A stretch of 25,455 bases of DNA from a virus (IMGVR_UViG_3300040960_001144:1-25455), one strand, 5' to 3'. Counted from the first letter of the stretch, positions 1 through 10,415 are shown. Numbers and translations: made by a program. The notes: generated by a model not told the origin, from the letters alone.

Positions 1-1789
1 ATCAGGTAATGAAGATTTTGATTATTGTATTGGTTCTTCCCCTTGTTTTTCCAATTCAGCAAATGCTTTGGAGCCTTCAATATGGAGACCATCTATAAGA
101 ATAAAAGCCATCATAGATAAGATATTTGATAGTATAGATTATAACTATAATAGTGAGTTTTTTGATAGTCCTTATTTCAGGTTATTATATACCGATTTGG
201 GGTATGATAATGTATTAGGTATATCTGCCCCCGCAGATACGGAGAACCTCAATTTCTTCAGGGTCTATTCGTCTCCATCACAATACATAGGTTATTCTTT
301 ACACGCATCAAGTGATGGAGCACCGATAGTATTTGATAGAACAGACCCTGACGGGTTTGACTATCTTAACAACTATACTTTTGCTGAAGGCAATACCCCC
401 GAAAGTCAAAGAATAAACTACTTCTCTGTTCCAAAGAACGGGACATACGGATTTGAGTTTAGAGCGTCATTTACAAAGGTAGGAACATTTAACGAAGACC
501 TTAAGATACAGATAAAAGCGGTCAAAGCATCATCACCTGCGGGACTGGCAACGGGAACAATAATCAACTCCACCACCTTTGATGTAGATGACGGAGATAC
601 ACAGAAGATATTATTATTTACTGATACATTAACGACCAGTGATGTGGTTGGGATATATGTTGAGAGTATATCATCAGGAGTAGGTTATAACACATTCCAA
701 ACACTTATCATATCAGGTTATGATAGTTCATACCCCGCACCTATGTTTAGATGTTATGACGCACCATTCTTAACCATAACGGATTTTGAGGGGAATAAGA
801 ACATGCCAGATATTACGGCAATAGATTTTATTAGAAGTATTGTTAAGATGTTTAATTTGGTATTTGTATCCAACGATACAAAGACCATAACGATTGAACC
901 ATTTGACTATTACTTTAGGAATGAAAATAGAGTTATAAAAGATTGGAGTGATAAGTTAGACACCTCATCGTCATATACCATAAAACCCTTTGGATTTGAA
1001 CTACCGAAGACACAGAACTACACATATCAGTCAGCCGGTGATGAAGTTCAGGGTAAGTATTATGAATACCAATTTAATCAAATATACGGGGAGAGAATAA
1101 TCACCAAACCAAGTAATATCTTACAAGGTGAGGAGACATTAGATATAATCTTTAGACCGACCCCTACTGACACCATACCTGGTAGTGATTGGATGATTAT
1201 GCCGAGGTTCTTTAAGAATAGTGATGATGGTAGAAAAGTTCCAACGAACACAGAACCTCACCTTTTCTTTTGGTTGGGAAATAGATATACCTATACTTCA
1301 TATTCGGCTGATACGAGTAGTCAGTGGTATTTCAGTTCAGGTGCGACAGATGTTGCGTGGAGCACATATCCCGCAGTATCACATCTATCACAAATCAATT
1401 CAGGTCAAACATCAAGTGAGTTTAGTGATTTGAACTTCCAACCACATTATGACTTTTTTGCGAACAACAATAGTTATATCCCACAATTTACCTCAAATAA
1501 TATATTTAACAATTTTCATTCACAATTATATAATGAAAAGTATAGTGATGAAGCAAGGAAGTTGGTAGGTAAGTTTATTCTTACCCCCAACGATATAGGA
1601 CAACTTAAATTAACAGATAAAATATTTGTTAAAGATAGTATGTATAGAATAGAGAAGATAATTGGTGCTTCATTAACAGAAAAGAAACTAACGGAAGTGT
1701 CTTTAATAAAAGAGTTGGATGGTGGTTTTTATTATACAGAAAGTCCTGTTAATAATCCTTCAATACCACCTAACGACCCAATCCCATAA
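1..1789 (+). CDS. Phage tail structural protein (5'-truncated; distal tail/hub-like)
   Basis: The frame of ORF 68..1789 is open back to position 2 (SGNEDFDYC...), so the gene starts upstream of the window. It is beta-rich, Tyr/Ser/Asp-rich and has a 'MPDITAIDFIRSIVKMFNLVF...IEPFDYY...DWSDKLD' segment resembling Bacteroidota siphovirus tail proteins. It lies directly before the tape measure gene. Confidence 0.7.
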   Translation, partial: SGNEDFDYCIGSSPCFSNSANALEPSIWRPSIRIKAIIDKIFDSIDYNYNSEFFDSPYFRLLYTDLGYDNVLGISAPADTENLNFFRVYSSPSQYIGYSLHASSDGAPIVFDRTDPDGFDYLNNYTFAEGNTPESQRINYFSVPKNGTYGFEFRASFTKVGTFNEDLKIQIKAVKASSPAGLATGTIINSTTFDVDDGDTQKILLFTDTLTTSDVVGIYVESISSGVGYNTFQTLIISGYDSSYPAPMFRCYDAPFLTITDFEGNKNMPDITAIDFIRSIVKMFNLVFVSNDTKTITIEPFDYYFRNENRVIKDWSDKLDTSSSYTIKPFGFELPKTQNYTYQSAGDEVQGKYYEYQFNQIYGERIITKPSNILQGEETLDIIFRPTPTDTIPGSDWMIMPRFFKNSDDGRKVPTNTEPHLFFWLGNRYTYTSYSADTSSQWYFSSGATDVAWSTYPAVSHLSQINSGQTSSEFSDLNFQPHYDFFANNNSYIPQFTSNNIFNNFHSQLYNEKYSDEARKLVGKFILTPNDIGQLKLTDKIFVKDSMYRIEKIIGASLTEKKLTEVSLIKELDGGFYYTESPVNNPSIPPNDPIP

Positions 1790-1801
1790 TATTTATTTAT
1801 A

Positions 1802-4800
1802 ATGGCAAGAAAAATAGCAATAGAATTAGAAGTTAATGGTGTTAAAGAAAGTGTTAATACTATTGGTGAATTAGAAACTGCGATAGAACAACTAACGGAG
1901 GAACTGAAGAATACAGATATAGGTAGTGAGAGGTTCCAACAATTAACAACAGAACTTAATAGTGCGAAGAGTGAGTTAAAGGCGTTTGAGCAGACATTTG
2001 AGGGTTTAGACCCCCAACAAAAGACACAGGCATACTTGGCTTTTGGAGAAAGTATTGTATCAGGTATATTGTTGGCTCAAGAAGCGTTAAGAGTATTCGG
2101 TATAGAGAATGAAGAGGTAAATGCGGCTGTTGAGAAATCAACTCAAGCGATTAATGTGGCACTTCAGGCTCGTATTGTAATTGAAGGGGTTTTGGAGGCT
2201 CGTGTCCTCGCAACATCATTAGCACAGAAGGCATTAAATACTTCTATTGTCGCAGGTAATAGGGTATTAAAGGCGTTATTCTTAACCATCCAAGCGAACC
2301 CCGTAGGTTTCCTATTGGCAGGTATTGCGGCACTCGCAACAGCGTTTATTGCGTTAAGTGATAGTAGTGATGAGAGCACAGATAGTTTGGAAGAAAATGA
2401 AGCAGCACAGAAGTCATTAGAATTACAATCAAAGAGATTAAAGAGGGAATTGACCGAACTAAATGACGCAACCAACGACTATATTGATAGTGTTGATGAT
2501 TTTGATTTATCCACAGCGATAAGTGAAGTATCAAGGTTGGAACAAGAGTTGAGTGATTTGAATGAAACACAAGACGAAGTAAGGGATTTGGACTTTGAGG
2601 AAATCGCTTTGAGTTTGGTAAGGGATGAAGCCGATTTGAACGATTTTAACCTATCTCTGGCCGAACAAAAAACTTTATTTGATATTCTTATTGAAGCAAC
2701 CGATAAATACGAAGGTTCGTTAAGAAAAGCACAAGGAACGAACGCAGAAATCCAACAAAAGAACCTTAAAAATATTGAGAGAGTATCCAACGAATTACAG
2801 GAACAGATAGAAAGAACTGAAGGTAATACCGAAGCGTTGGAGAAACAACTTGCGGCAGTAAATAAGAGAGTAGAACAATTAAGGGCGGAAATATCAAAGA
2901 GAGAGTTTGATAGATTTACAAAATCATTAGAAGATGCTGGTGATGAGTTGGATAGATTAAATGAGAAGTTATTAGAGTTCGGTGAAACCCCCTCACCAAA
3001 GATTATAGATGAATTGGAGGAGTTAGTCCAATTACAATTAGAACTACAAAAAGCAACAGAAGAAAGTAGAAAAACTTTGGGTGATACTTTTAATGATTAT
3101 TTCACTACGATTAAAGAAAGCACAACTGCGACAGATGATTTTGGTGAGAGTTATGAAGAAACAAGAAAGGCATTAACTCAAGCGTTAGAGACAGGTGATT
3201 TTGAGAAGTTCAATCAAGAGGTAGAAAGAACACAAGAGAAATACTTTGGTGAAGATAGTGATTTTAACAAAGAACAGAAAAATGTTATTAATCAGTTGAT
3301 TAGTAGTTATTCATCATTATTCCAACAGATACAAGGGTTCGGGGCAGAAACTGAAGAAGAGTTTAGTTCGGTTATAACCCCCTTACTTGATAGTTTGGCA
3401 CAGAAGTTAAGATTGGAGGGTGATTTACAATTTGTTATAGATAAAGATGAGGTAGAAGAAACCATAGACGAAGCATTACCTACCGGAAGATTAGGTGGCG
3501 CACGATTAAGAAGAAGTGTAGATGTAGATATATCAGGTGTTGTAGATGAGAGTGATTTTAGTAGTATCGCAAGAATATTCAAAGAACAAGAAGATATTAT
3601 AACTGAATATGAACTTGATTTACAAGAGGCAGTTGAAGGAACTGACGAGTTTTATAGATTAAGAAGTGATTTGGTGAATAGATTTACTGAAGAGTTTTTA
3701 AAACAGGCTGACTTTGTTGCTCTTGCCGCAGAAGACGAACAGAAAGCACAAGAAGCAGCCAGACAGGCCGCAGAAGAAAGAGTTGAAAGTATTATTAACA
3801 TCACCACAGAGACAGCGAAGGTTGAAGATAGTATAAGGGGTGTATCCAACGAGGTTGAAGATTTAAGAAATCAGGTAAGAGAAAACAATAGTGATATAGA
3901 CACTCTATTAGGTCTTATATTAACAAACTTTGATGATATTAAAGACCAGATTGACTTAACAGAATTAGACCCCACAGCGACCCTTGAAACCAACTTTGAG
4001 GCAATCAGTAAGTTCTTTGAAGATATTGGATTTGAAAGTTTTGATGTATTGGTTAGAACGGAACAGGATAAGTTGGATATTGTTGAATTATTCCTCAAGA
4101 AGAGACAGGAGTTAATAGATAATCAAGCGAAAGAAGAAAAAGAAACACAAGAAGACCTATTACAAACGACCTTTGATAATTATAGTGAAATTATAAGTGG
4201 ATTAAACCAACTTACATTATCGTTGAGTGAGGCATCACAATTACAAATAGAAAGGGTGGAAGCCAACACAGAAGAAGCGTTAAGTAATATTGTTGGTGAT
4301 ACAAAAGAGGCAGAAGAGTTAAGAACTGAAATACAGGAGGAAAGTAATGAAAAGATTGTTGAGATAGAGAGAAGGGCGAGGTTGAGAGAACTACAATTTA
4401 CGAAGATACAGGCTACAGCGGACTTGGCACAAGCGTTAATAAATGCGTTGAAATTACCCCCTCCGTTTAACGCAATTCAAGCGTCAATTATTGGAACTGC
4501 TGGTTCAATACAAATAGCAACCATTCAAGGACAAATTGACGACTTACAATCGGCTCAAGGTTTCGCAACAGGTGGATATGTTGAAGGCCCTGGTAGTGGA
4601 ACAAGTGATAGTATCCCCGCTATGTTAAGTAATGGGGAGTTTGTTGTTAATGCGAAAGCAACACAAAAGTTCTTACCATTATTGGAAGAAATAAACGATA
4701 GTGATACTCAATTTAGAAAGTTCGCTAATGGTGGTTATGTCTTGGATACAACAATTCCTACTACTTCAACTATACAGAATATTTTTGATGATAGTAGAAT

Positions 4801-4915
4801 TATAGAAGAATTGAGAAAGACAAGACAAGAACCATTAAGGGCGTATGTATTTGAGAAGGATATTACTGAAGCACAACAGATAGAGAAGCGCTTACAGGAA
4901 CTATCTAAACTATGA
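1802..4915 (+). CDS. Tail tape measure protein
   Basis: 1037 aa, mostly helical/coiled-coil. Contains a hydrophobic 'ANPVGFLLAGIAALATAFIAL' segment and the C-terminal 'GFATGGYVEGPGSGTSDSIPAMLSNGEFVVNAKAT' motif typical of tape measure C-termini. Confidence 0.9.
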   Translation: MARKIAIELEVNGVKESVNTIGELETAIEQLTEELKNTDIGSERFQQLTTELNSAKSELKAFEQTFEGLDPQQKTQAYLAFGESIVSGILLAQEALRVFGIENEEVNAAVEKSTQAINVALQARIVIEGVLEARVLATSLAQKALNTSIVAGNRVLKALFLTIQANPVGFLLAGIAALATAFIALSDSSDESTDSLEENEAAQKSLELQSKRLKRELTELNDATNDYIDSVDDFDLSTAISEVSRLEQELSDLNETQDEVRDLDFEEIALSLVRDEADLNDFNLSLAEQKTLFDILIEATDKYEGSLRKAQGTNAEIQQKNLKNIERVSNELQEQIERTEGNTEALEKQLAAVNKRVEQLRAEISKREFDRFTKSLEDAGDELDRLNEKLLEFGETPSPKIIDELEELVQLQLELQKATEESRKTLGDTFNDYFTTIKESTTATDDFGESYEETRKALTQALETGDFEKFNQEVERTQEKYFGEDSDFNKEQKNVINQLISSYSSLFQQIQGFGAETEEEFSSVITPLLDSLAQKLRLEGDLQFVIDKDEVEETIDEALPTGRLGGARLRRSVDVDISGVVDESDFSSIARIFKEQEDIITEYELDLQEAVEGTDEFYRLRSDLVNRFTEEFLKQADFVALAAEDEQKAQEAARQAAEERVESIINITTETAKVEDSIRGVSNEVEDLRNQVRENNSDIDTLLGLILTNFDDIKDQIDLTELDPTATLETNFEAISKFFEDIGFESFDVLVRTEQDKLDIVELFLKKRQELIDNQAKEEKETQEDLLQTTFDNYSEIISGLNQLTLSLSEASQLQIERVEANTEEALSNIVGDTKEAEELRTEIQEESNEKIVEIERRARLRELQFTKIQATADLAQALINALKLPPPFNAIQASIIGTAGSIQIATIQGQIDDLQSAQGFATGGYVEGPGSGTSDSIPAMLSNGEFVVNAKATQKFLPLLEEINDSDTQFRKFANGGYVLDTTIPTTSTIQNIFDDSRIIEELRKTRQEPLRAYVFEKDITEAQQIEKRLQELSKL

Positions 4916-4930
4916 TATATTTATTAAGAG

Positions 4931-6841
4931 ATGAAAATATATGAACTTAAAATAGACGACGAGAAACTTTATGAAGATTTAACACTTGATGAGTTGGGTG
5001 ATTATACTTCTGTAAGTGAGATTGCGTTGGTTGAAAATCCTGCGATAGAGACAGAATGGGTGTATTTCTCAAGTGAAAAGTTTGAGACATATAACGACTA
5101 TCCAAGAGCCGCAAGTGAAAACGCCTGTAGAGCCGTAAAATGGGCTGAAGAAAATGGTTGGGGTTCTTGTGGAACAAATGTTGGAAAACAAAGAGCACAT
5201 CAGTTATGTAATAGAGAAAGAATTAGTGAAGAAACGATTGCTCGTATGGCTTCATTTGATAGGCACAGAAGAAACAAAAATACCCCTTATGATGAAGGTT
5301 GTGGTGGTCTTATGTGGGACGCTTGGGGTGGAGATGAAGGTATTAAGTGGGCTCAAAGAAAACTCCGTATAATAAGAAATGAAGGGTTAAGTGAAGACGC
5401 ATTTGAAGCAGTTGTAGATATTGACGGATTACCCCTATATAAGACACAGAGTGAAGCAGACACCATCGCAGCGTCTATGGGTTGTGAAGGCTCACACCCT
5501 CACGAATACGAAGGTGAGACCTTGTATATGCCTTGTAAAAGTATGGAGGATACAAAGAAATTGTGGGACGAAAGTTCAACAGAAGAGTTATGTGAAAGTT
5601 GTTCTTCAGTAGATGTGAGTAGGGGGGTTGAGTTGGAAGATATTTTAGATGAAGGTTATGTTATAAGCGATGTATTAGAATTAGACGAAGAAGAAACATT
5701 AAAGATATTGGAGGACTATAAAGACAAGGTGAATGGTAAATACACAAAAGAAGAGTTTTATAGTATCGTTGCTGACCCAAATAAACCATCGGTTCAAGAT
5801 GGATTTGGTAAGAAGGTAAGATATATCTATGTTGTTGGAACATCAGCAGCCCCCCTTATATCCACATCAAGACAATTTTGTCGTGATATGATTGGAAAGA
5901 AACAACTTGTCTTTAGATTTGAAGATATACAAGCGTTAAACGCACAATTAACAGCAGAGGACGGAGATAGAAAGATTATACCAAGACCAAGTGGGACAAG
6001 TCCAAATATATTTTTGTATAAGGCGGGAGCCAATTGTCGTCATAAGTGGGTTCAGTTATGGTTTAGTGAAGACACAAGAATACCCGCAAGACAGACAAGA
6101 GCCGTCAGTAAGGCAGAAGTTGAAACAAACGCACCAGGTCGTTCAGGTAATGCTGAAATACTTGTCGCACCCGTTCAATACTCAAAAGAAGAAAGAAGTG
6201 AAGACACCCCCTTATTTTACGAATACGGATTACCTGTTTATGAGACAGAGGAGATGGCTGTATGGAAAAGTGAGATGATGGGTTGTAAGGGTGAGATAGA
6301 TATGATTGATAAGGACGGAAAGACCTACTATAGAACCTGTAAATATAAAGAGAATACACAGGAGTTCAAAGAACAATTTGAGTTCAAGACAGAGGAGGAA
6401 AAGAGGATGATATACTCACCGGCTATGTTGCCTGATAGGTTGATTAAAAGGTTTGATGGTAGAGACGAATATTGGGTGTATTTCACCAAAGAGACAATAG
6501 AAAAAATAGCACATAAGTTCTTAATGGAAAAGAGGGTTAATAAAACCAACTTGGAACATACAGATAAGAAATATGATGATATTTATTTGGTAGAGAGTTG
6601 GATAGTTTCAAGTGAAAACGACAAAGCATATTCATTAGGATTTACAAAGAAAGATGTTCCAATAGGTAGTTGGATGGTCGGTTATAAGGTAAAGAATGAT
6701 GATGTGTGGGAAAACCAAATAAAGACAGGTAAAGTTAAAGGTTTGTCTGTTGAGGGAGAGTTTGAACTGGTTACACAATCTTTCTCAAAAGACGAGTATT
6801 TATATAATAAAATAATAAACATCATTAAAAACACAAAGTGA
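4931..6841 (+). CDS. Multi-domain prohead protease (C-terminal XkdF-like putative serine protease) with inserted Cys-containing domains
   Basis: The C-terminal 'EKRMIYSPAMLPD...YFTKETIEKIAHKF...NLEH...LVESWIV...PIGSWMVGYKV..DDVW..IKTGKVKGLSVEG' follows the XkdF-type protease pattern, and the N-terminus has 'IALVENPAIE'. It lies upstream of the scaffold and capsid genes. Confidence 0.8.
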   Translation: MKIYELKIDDEKLYEDLTLDELGDYTSVSEIALVENPAIETEWVYFSSEKFETYNDYPRAASENACRAVKWAEENGWGSCGTNVGKQRAHQLCNRERISEETIARMASFDRHRRNKNTPYDEGCGGLMWDAWGGDEGIKWAQRKLRIIRNEGLSEDAFEAVVDIDGLPLYKTQSEADTIAASMGCEGSHPHEYEGETLYMPCKSMEDTKKLWDESSTEELCESCSSVDVSRGVELEDILDEGYVISDVLELDEEETLKILEDYKDKVNGKYTKEEFYSIVADPNKPSVQDGFGKKVRYIYVVGTSAAPLISTSRQFCRDMIGKKQLVFRFEDIQALNAQLTAEDGDRKIIPRPSGTSPNIFLYKAGANCRHKWVQLWFSEDTRIPARQTRAVSKAEVETNAPGRSGNAEILVAPVQYSKEERSEDTPLFYEYGLPVYETEEMAVWKSEMMGCKGEIDMIDKDGKTYYRTCKYKENTQEFKEQFEFKTEEEKRMIYSPAMLPDRLIKRFDGRDEYWVYFTKETIEKIAHKFLMEKRVNKTNLEHTDKKYDDIYLVESWIVSSENDKAYSLGFTKKDVPIGSWMVGYKVKNDDVWENQIKTGKVKGLSVEGEFELVTQSFSKDEYLYNKIINIIKNTK

Positions 6842-6843
6842 AA

Positions 6844-7461
6844 ATGTTAAACCCAAAAGAAGCAATCAGTAAAATCAAAGAAGTTTTAGGACTTGAGTTT
6901 GCTGAAACGACTACTGAAAAGTTTTACACATCACAACTTGCGGATGGAACATCTATTACTAACAACACGGATAGTGAGAAGTTAGAATTAGGTGATACTC
7001 TATATGTGGTTCTTGAGGATGGCAATTTAGTTCCTGCCCCATCAGGCGAACATACTTTACAATCAGGTGAAGTTGTTGTCTTGGACGAGGAAAGTAAAGT
7101 TGTTGAAATCAAGGTAGAAACAGAAGAAGAGGAAACCCCCGATGAGGTTGAGGTAGTTGTAGAACAAAAGGAAATTGAAGAAGAAATGAGTGAAACAGAA
7201 GAGATGAGTGAAGACACTTCATTAGTTGAGTTGAAAAACGAGATTACTGAAATGAAAGAAGCTCTATCAAAAGTGTTGGACTTATTCCAAGATTTTTCTA
7301 CACAGACAGAGGAGGAGTTCTCCAAAGTCAATAACGATATTAACACCTTAAGAAAAGAACCAGAGGTTGATAATATCAAAAACAAAAAAACAAATAATAA
7401 ACAGGTTGTTGAGAGTTTCGCAGATTATAGACTACAACAACTACAAAAGTATTTTAACTAA
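6844..7461 (+). CDS. Capsid scaffolding protein (putative)
   Basis: Very acidic, with a 'PAPSGEHTLQSGEVVVLDEE' motif and a C-terminal coiled coil. It sits between the protease and capsid genes. ATG at 6844 is preferred; GTG at 6838 is an alternative. Confidence 0.7.
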   Translation: MLNPKEAISKIKEVLGLEFAETTTEKFYTSQLADGTSITNNTDSEKLELGDTLYVVLEDGNLVPAPSGEHTLQSGEVVVLDEESKVVEIKVETEEEETPDEVEVVVEQKEIEEEMSETEEMSEDTSLVELKNEITEMKEALSKVLDLFQDFSTQTEEEFSKVNNDINTLRKEPEVDNIKNKKTNNKQVVESFADYRLQQLQKYFN

Positions 7462-7462
7462 A

Positions 7463-8383
7463 ATGAAAAAGAAACTTAATTTTTCGTATGACTTAAGCGG
7501 CTTGGGTTCTTACTCTAACGAACTTGCCGATAGTATTTTACTTAAGTCAGTATTGGGGGCTACAACCCCAAGATACGCTCGTATCTACCCTAATATGAAG
7601 GGAACATCTATGAAAGTTGGTGTTATGGCATCAACTCCAGTATGGCAGGACGGATTGTCTTGTGGATTAACTCCAACTGGAACAACTGAAATCACACAGG
7701 TTGAGATTGTAGGTTGTTATAAAACAAACAGAATGAATAACTGCGGTAATGAGTTGAGAGATTACTTCTTATCACAGGCTTTGACTAACTCTTTGTTCCA
7801 AGAGAGCATCCCATTTGAGGAGTTATTCATTCAGGACTTGTCTAACAGAAGTGCTGACTTTATGGAAGTTCAGTTGTGGCAGGGTTCATCTTGTTTTGAA
7901 GGAAATGGTATTATAGAGCAGGTTGTCGCAGGTGGTGCGTCAGCAGGTGCTTATACCGCATTAACTTCAACCAACGCAATTGATGTGTTGAATACACTTG
8001 TTGAAAACTTACCTTCAGCAGTTCAAAGAAGAGACGACTTGGCAATCTTTATGTCGTTCGGTGATTACAGAGCGTTCATCGCAGCCTTGGCAAAGAGTTC
8101 ATCTATGAACTTATTTACTTTGGGTGATGAGAGTGGATTGGCAACTGAAACAACTATCTTCTTGCCAGGTTCAAATATTTCTGTAATTCCTACGCAGGGA
8201 TTAGACGGACAATCAACTATCGTATTGGCTCCAACACAGAACATCTTGTTGGGATTGGCTGCTGACGATGGTATGGAAGTTAGAGTTCAGTATGACCCAT
8301 TTGAAGATAATGTCGCATCTTTGACTAAAGTAGGTTTCGGAATTGGATTACACGAACCAAATAACTTCGTTTATCTCCAGTAA
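7463..8383 (+). CDS. Major capsid protein (putative)
   Basis: 306 aa from ATG 7463 (MKKKLNFSYDL...), 1 nt after the scaffold stop. Size and position after protease and scaffold fit an HK97-fold capsid protein. Confidence 0.8.
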   Translation: MKKKLNFSYDLSGLGSYSNELADSILLKSVLGATTPRYARIYPNMKGTSMKVGVMASTPVWQDGLSCGLTPTGTTEITQVEIVGCYKTNRMNNCGNELRDYFLSQALTNSLFQESIPFEELFIQDLSNRSADFMEVQLWQGSSCFEGNGIIEQVVAGGASAGAYTALTSTNAIDVLNTLVENLPSAVQRRDDLAIFMSFGDYRAFIAALAKSSSMNLFTLGDESGLATETTIFLPGSNISVIPTQGLDGQSTIVLAPTQNILLGLAADDGMEVRVQYDPFEDNVASLTKVGFGIGLHEPNNFVYLQ

Positions 8384-8418
8384 TCCATAAATAAATTAAA
8401 ACTTAAATAATAAACGAA

Positions 8419-8964
8419 ATGAGTTGTTATATAGAAAACGGACTTACTTTAGGATGTAGAGACGCTGCCATCGGTGGTATTAAGAGTGTCTATATCTTGG
8501 GTGGTTCAGGAAACACAATCAGTAGTATCACTACTGATGCTGACGACCAAATCACAGCAATCAGTGGTTCTGGTGTAATGTATAAGTTTGAGTTGGTTAA
8601 AGGTTCATCTTCATTTGAAGAAACAATCTCTGTTAATGCTACATCTAATAGTGTTGTTTATCAGCCTTCATTAACTTTGAACTTAACCAAGTTTGATAAT
8701 GCTTTGAGAAAAGTATGGTATGAATTAACCAAGCAGCCAGAGTTCTTTGTTGTTGTTGAAGACAATAATGGAAGATACTGGTTCCCTGGTGAAGTTAATG
8801 GTTTGACTATTACTGATGGTAGTGTCTTTACAGGTGCGGCCTTCACAGATGCTAATGGTTCAACTATGACCGCAACAGGTGGAGAACCTGCTGCTACGAG
8901 AGAAGTAGAAGTTGCTACAACTATTGACGCTGTCTTTAGTGGTATTACTTTTGACGCAGTTTAA
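8419..8964 (+). CDS. Major tail (tube) protein (putative)
   Basis: 181 aa, beta-rich, with the pattern 'MSC...GCRDAAIGGIKSVY...KFEL.K.SSSFEET...VVVEDNNGRYW..G..NG'. It follows the capsid gene and ends at a strong terminator, consistent with a high-copy structural protein. Confidence 0.65.
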   Translation: MSCYIENGLTLGCRDAAIGGIKSVYILGGSGNTISSITTDADDQITAISGSGVMYKFELVKGSSSFEETISVNATSNSVVYQPSLTLNLTKFDNALRKVWYELTKQPEFFVVVEDNNGRYWFPGEVNGLTITDGSVFTGAAFTDANGSTMTATGGEPAATREVEVATTIDAVFSGITFDAV

Positions 8965-8973
8965 TTAAACTTT

Positions 8974-9013
8974 AAGGGGGTGAGTGAGGGTTAGACCCCT
9001 CCTCGCCCCTTTT
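8974..9013 (+). terminator. Rho-independent terminator after capsid/major tail genes
   Basis: AAGGGGGTGAGTGAGGG-ttagac-CCCTCCTCGCCCCTTTT is a GC-rich imperfect stem followed by a T run. Confidence 0.8.
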
Positions 9014-9035
9014 ATTAAAAATACACCCACTTAAA

Positions 9036-10160
9036 ATGATAAATTGGAACGGAAGAAGATATGTCCCCGCTGGACTTAAACCATTTTTAAATAGAAAAGG
9101 TGTCCCTGTTAATGGGAGACCAAAAACTGCGTGGGTCGCATCTTTTGTTGGTGGTGAGACCGAAGAAACCCCAATTCCATCACCATCAATTACCCCAACT
9201 CCAAGTCCAACCTTAAGTCCTACACCAAGTCCAACTTTACCTGAAACCTGCCATATTGAAGCACAGAATGGAGATATTCTAATCGCACAAAATGGTGATT
9301 ATATAGACCACTTCCCTTGTATTGAACCATCGCCGACACCAACTCCCACAAGTAGTATAACTCCAACTCCGAGTATTACTCCTACTATAACTCCAACTCC
9401 AAGTTCTATACCTTTAGACCCCGACGCTCAAGCATATCTTGACGATGTTGTCGCTTCAGGGGGAACGATAGATGCCACCATAACATCAGCGGTTGATACA
9501 TTATTCACAGACCTTAAGTCAAATGGTCTTTATAGTAAATTACACTTCTATCCGTTTGTTGGAGGAACTGCTGCTTCACACGCATTATATCACAACAGAA
9601 CATTAGGAACCACTTATGATATTAGTTGGTTGGGTGGAGTGTCTCACGATATAAGCGGTTCAACTGGTAATAACACAAATGGTTATGGAGTTCATTCATT
9701 AGGGAGAACGATTTTTTCTAATTTAGGTGATATATCACAAGGGGTTTATGTTATTGGTGATGGTTCTGCGGATGTTTCGTATGAATTACAATCAACAGGA
9801 ACAGACGATAATGCTTTAATAACAAGATATATTAATGATTTAGCATATGTTAGATATTCATCATTTATTACTGGTACAAATACAGATGGGACAGGACTTT
9901 ATATTTCTACTTTAACTGGTTCAACTGGTGGTGTTGTTAAGTTGATTAAGAATGGTTCAACTACTTTAATTAATTCAACCACGAATGATAATGATTATAT
10001 ATCATCCAACTCACAAATTATGCGTGGACCTAGTTCTGCTTATTCACCAAGAACATTTAACTTTGTTGTATATTCAACATATCTAACTGATAGTGAAGTA
10101 TCCACATTATCAACAATCATAAACACATTCCAAACAACACTTGGAAGAAATACATATTAA
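9036..10160 (+). CDS. Virion fibre/decoration protein with Pro/Thr/Ser linkers
   Basis: Has two PT/PS repeat tracts (~9171-9243 and ~9324-9413) and an 'IEAQNGDILIAQNGDYI' motif. These precede a 'DPDAQAYL...DLKSNGLYSKLHFYPFVGGTAASH' domain and a beta-rich C-terminus. Confidence 0.6.
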   Translation: MINWNGRRYVPAGLKPFLNRKGVPVNGRPKTAWVASFVGGETEETPIPSPSITPTPSPTLSPTPSPTLPETCHIEAQNGDILIAQNGDYIDHFPCIEPSPTPTPTSSITPTPSITPTITPTPSSIPLDPDAQAYLDDVVASGGTIDATITSAVDTLFTDLKSNGLYSKLHFYPFVGGTAASHALYHNRTLGTTYDISWLGGVSHDISGSTGNNTNGYGVHSLGRTIFSNLGDISQGVYVIGDGSADVSYELQSTGTDDNALITRYINDLAYVRYSSFITGTNTDGTGLYISTLTGSTGGVVKLIKNGSTTLINSTTNDNDYISSNSQIMRGPSSAYSPRTFNFVVYSTYLTDSEVSTLSTIINTFQTTLGRNTY

Positions 10161-10164
10161 AAAA

Positions 10165-10383
10165 ATGGAAGTAAGATTATTAACACTTATTGAGAAGGAG
10201 GCGATTGAAGGAAAACAATACGCTCCATCATCATATTTCAATCCAATAGAGGATTGTGATGGAAATTGGATTATCTCACAACAGGAGTGTGATAATTGTG
10301 TAAATCCTGATTATCTATGGGTTAAGGACTTACCTGTTATTCAGTATTGTCCCGTTCCCGCTCCCCCAATAGACGAAATATAA
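10165..10383 (+). CDS. Small hypothetical protein, probable partner of the upstream fibre
   Basis: 72 aa from ATG 10165, 4 nt after the upstream stop and preceded by an A run. Contains 'YFNPIEDCDGNWIIS'. Confidence 0.65.
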   Translation: MEVRLLTLIEKEAIEGKQYAPSSYFNPIEDCDGNWIISQQECDNCVNPDYLWVKDLPVIQYCPVPAPPIDEI

Positions 10384-10415
10384 ATATAAATAAACGAATT
10401 AAACAAACAAACAAA

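Noticed and set aside
1956-4098. Several minus-strand ORFs (61-103 aa) opposite the tape measure gene
   Set aside because: They are Ser/Leu/Phe-rich antisense shadows of a Glu/Lys-rich coding strand, with no start context or motifs.
6924-7385. 153-aa minus-strand ORF opposite the scaffold gene
   Set aside because: Poly-Ser mirror of the poly-Glu scaffold; a shadow ORF.
7367-7462. Upstream extension of the capsid ORF in the ORF track
   Set aside because: It overlaps the scaffold gene by ~95 nt; ATG 7463 directly after the scaffold stop is the better start.
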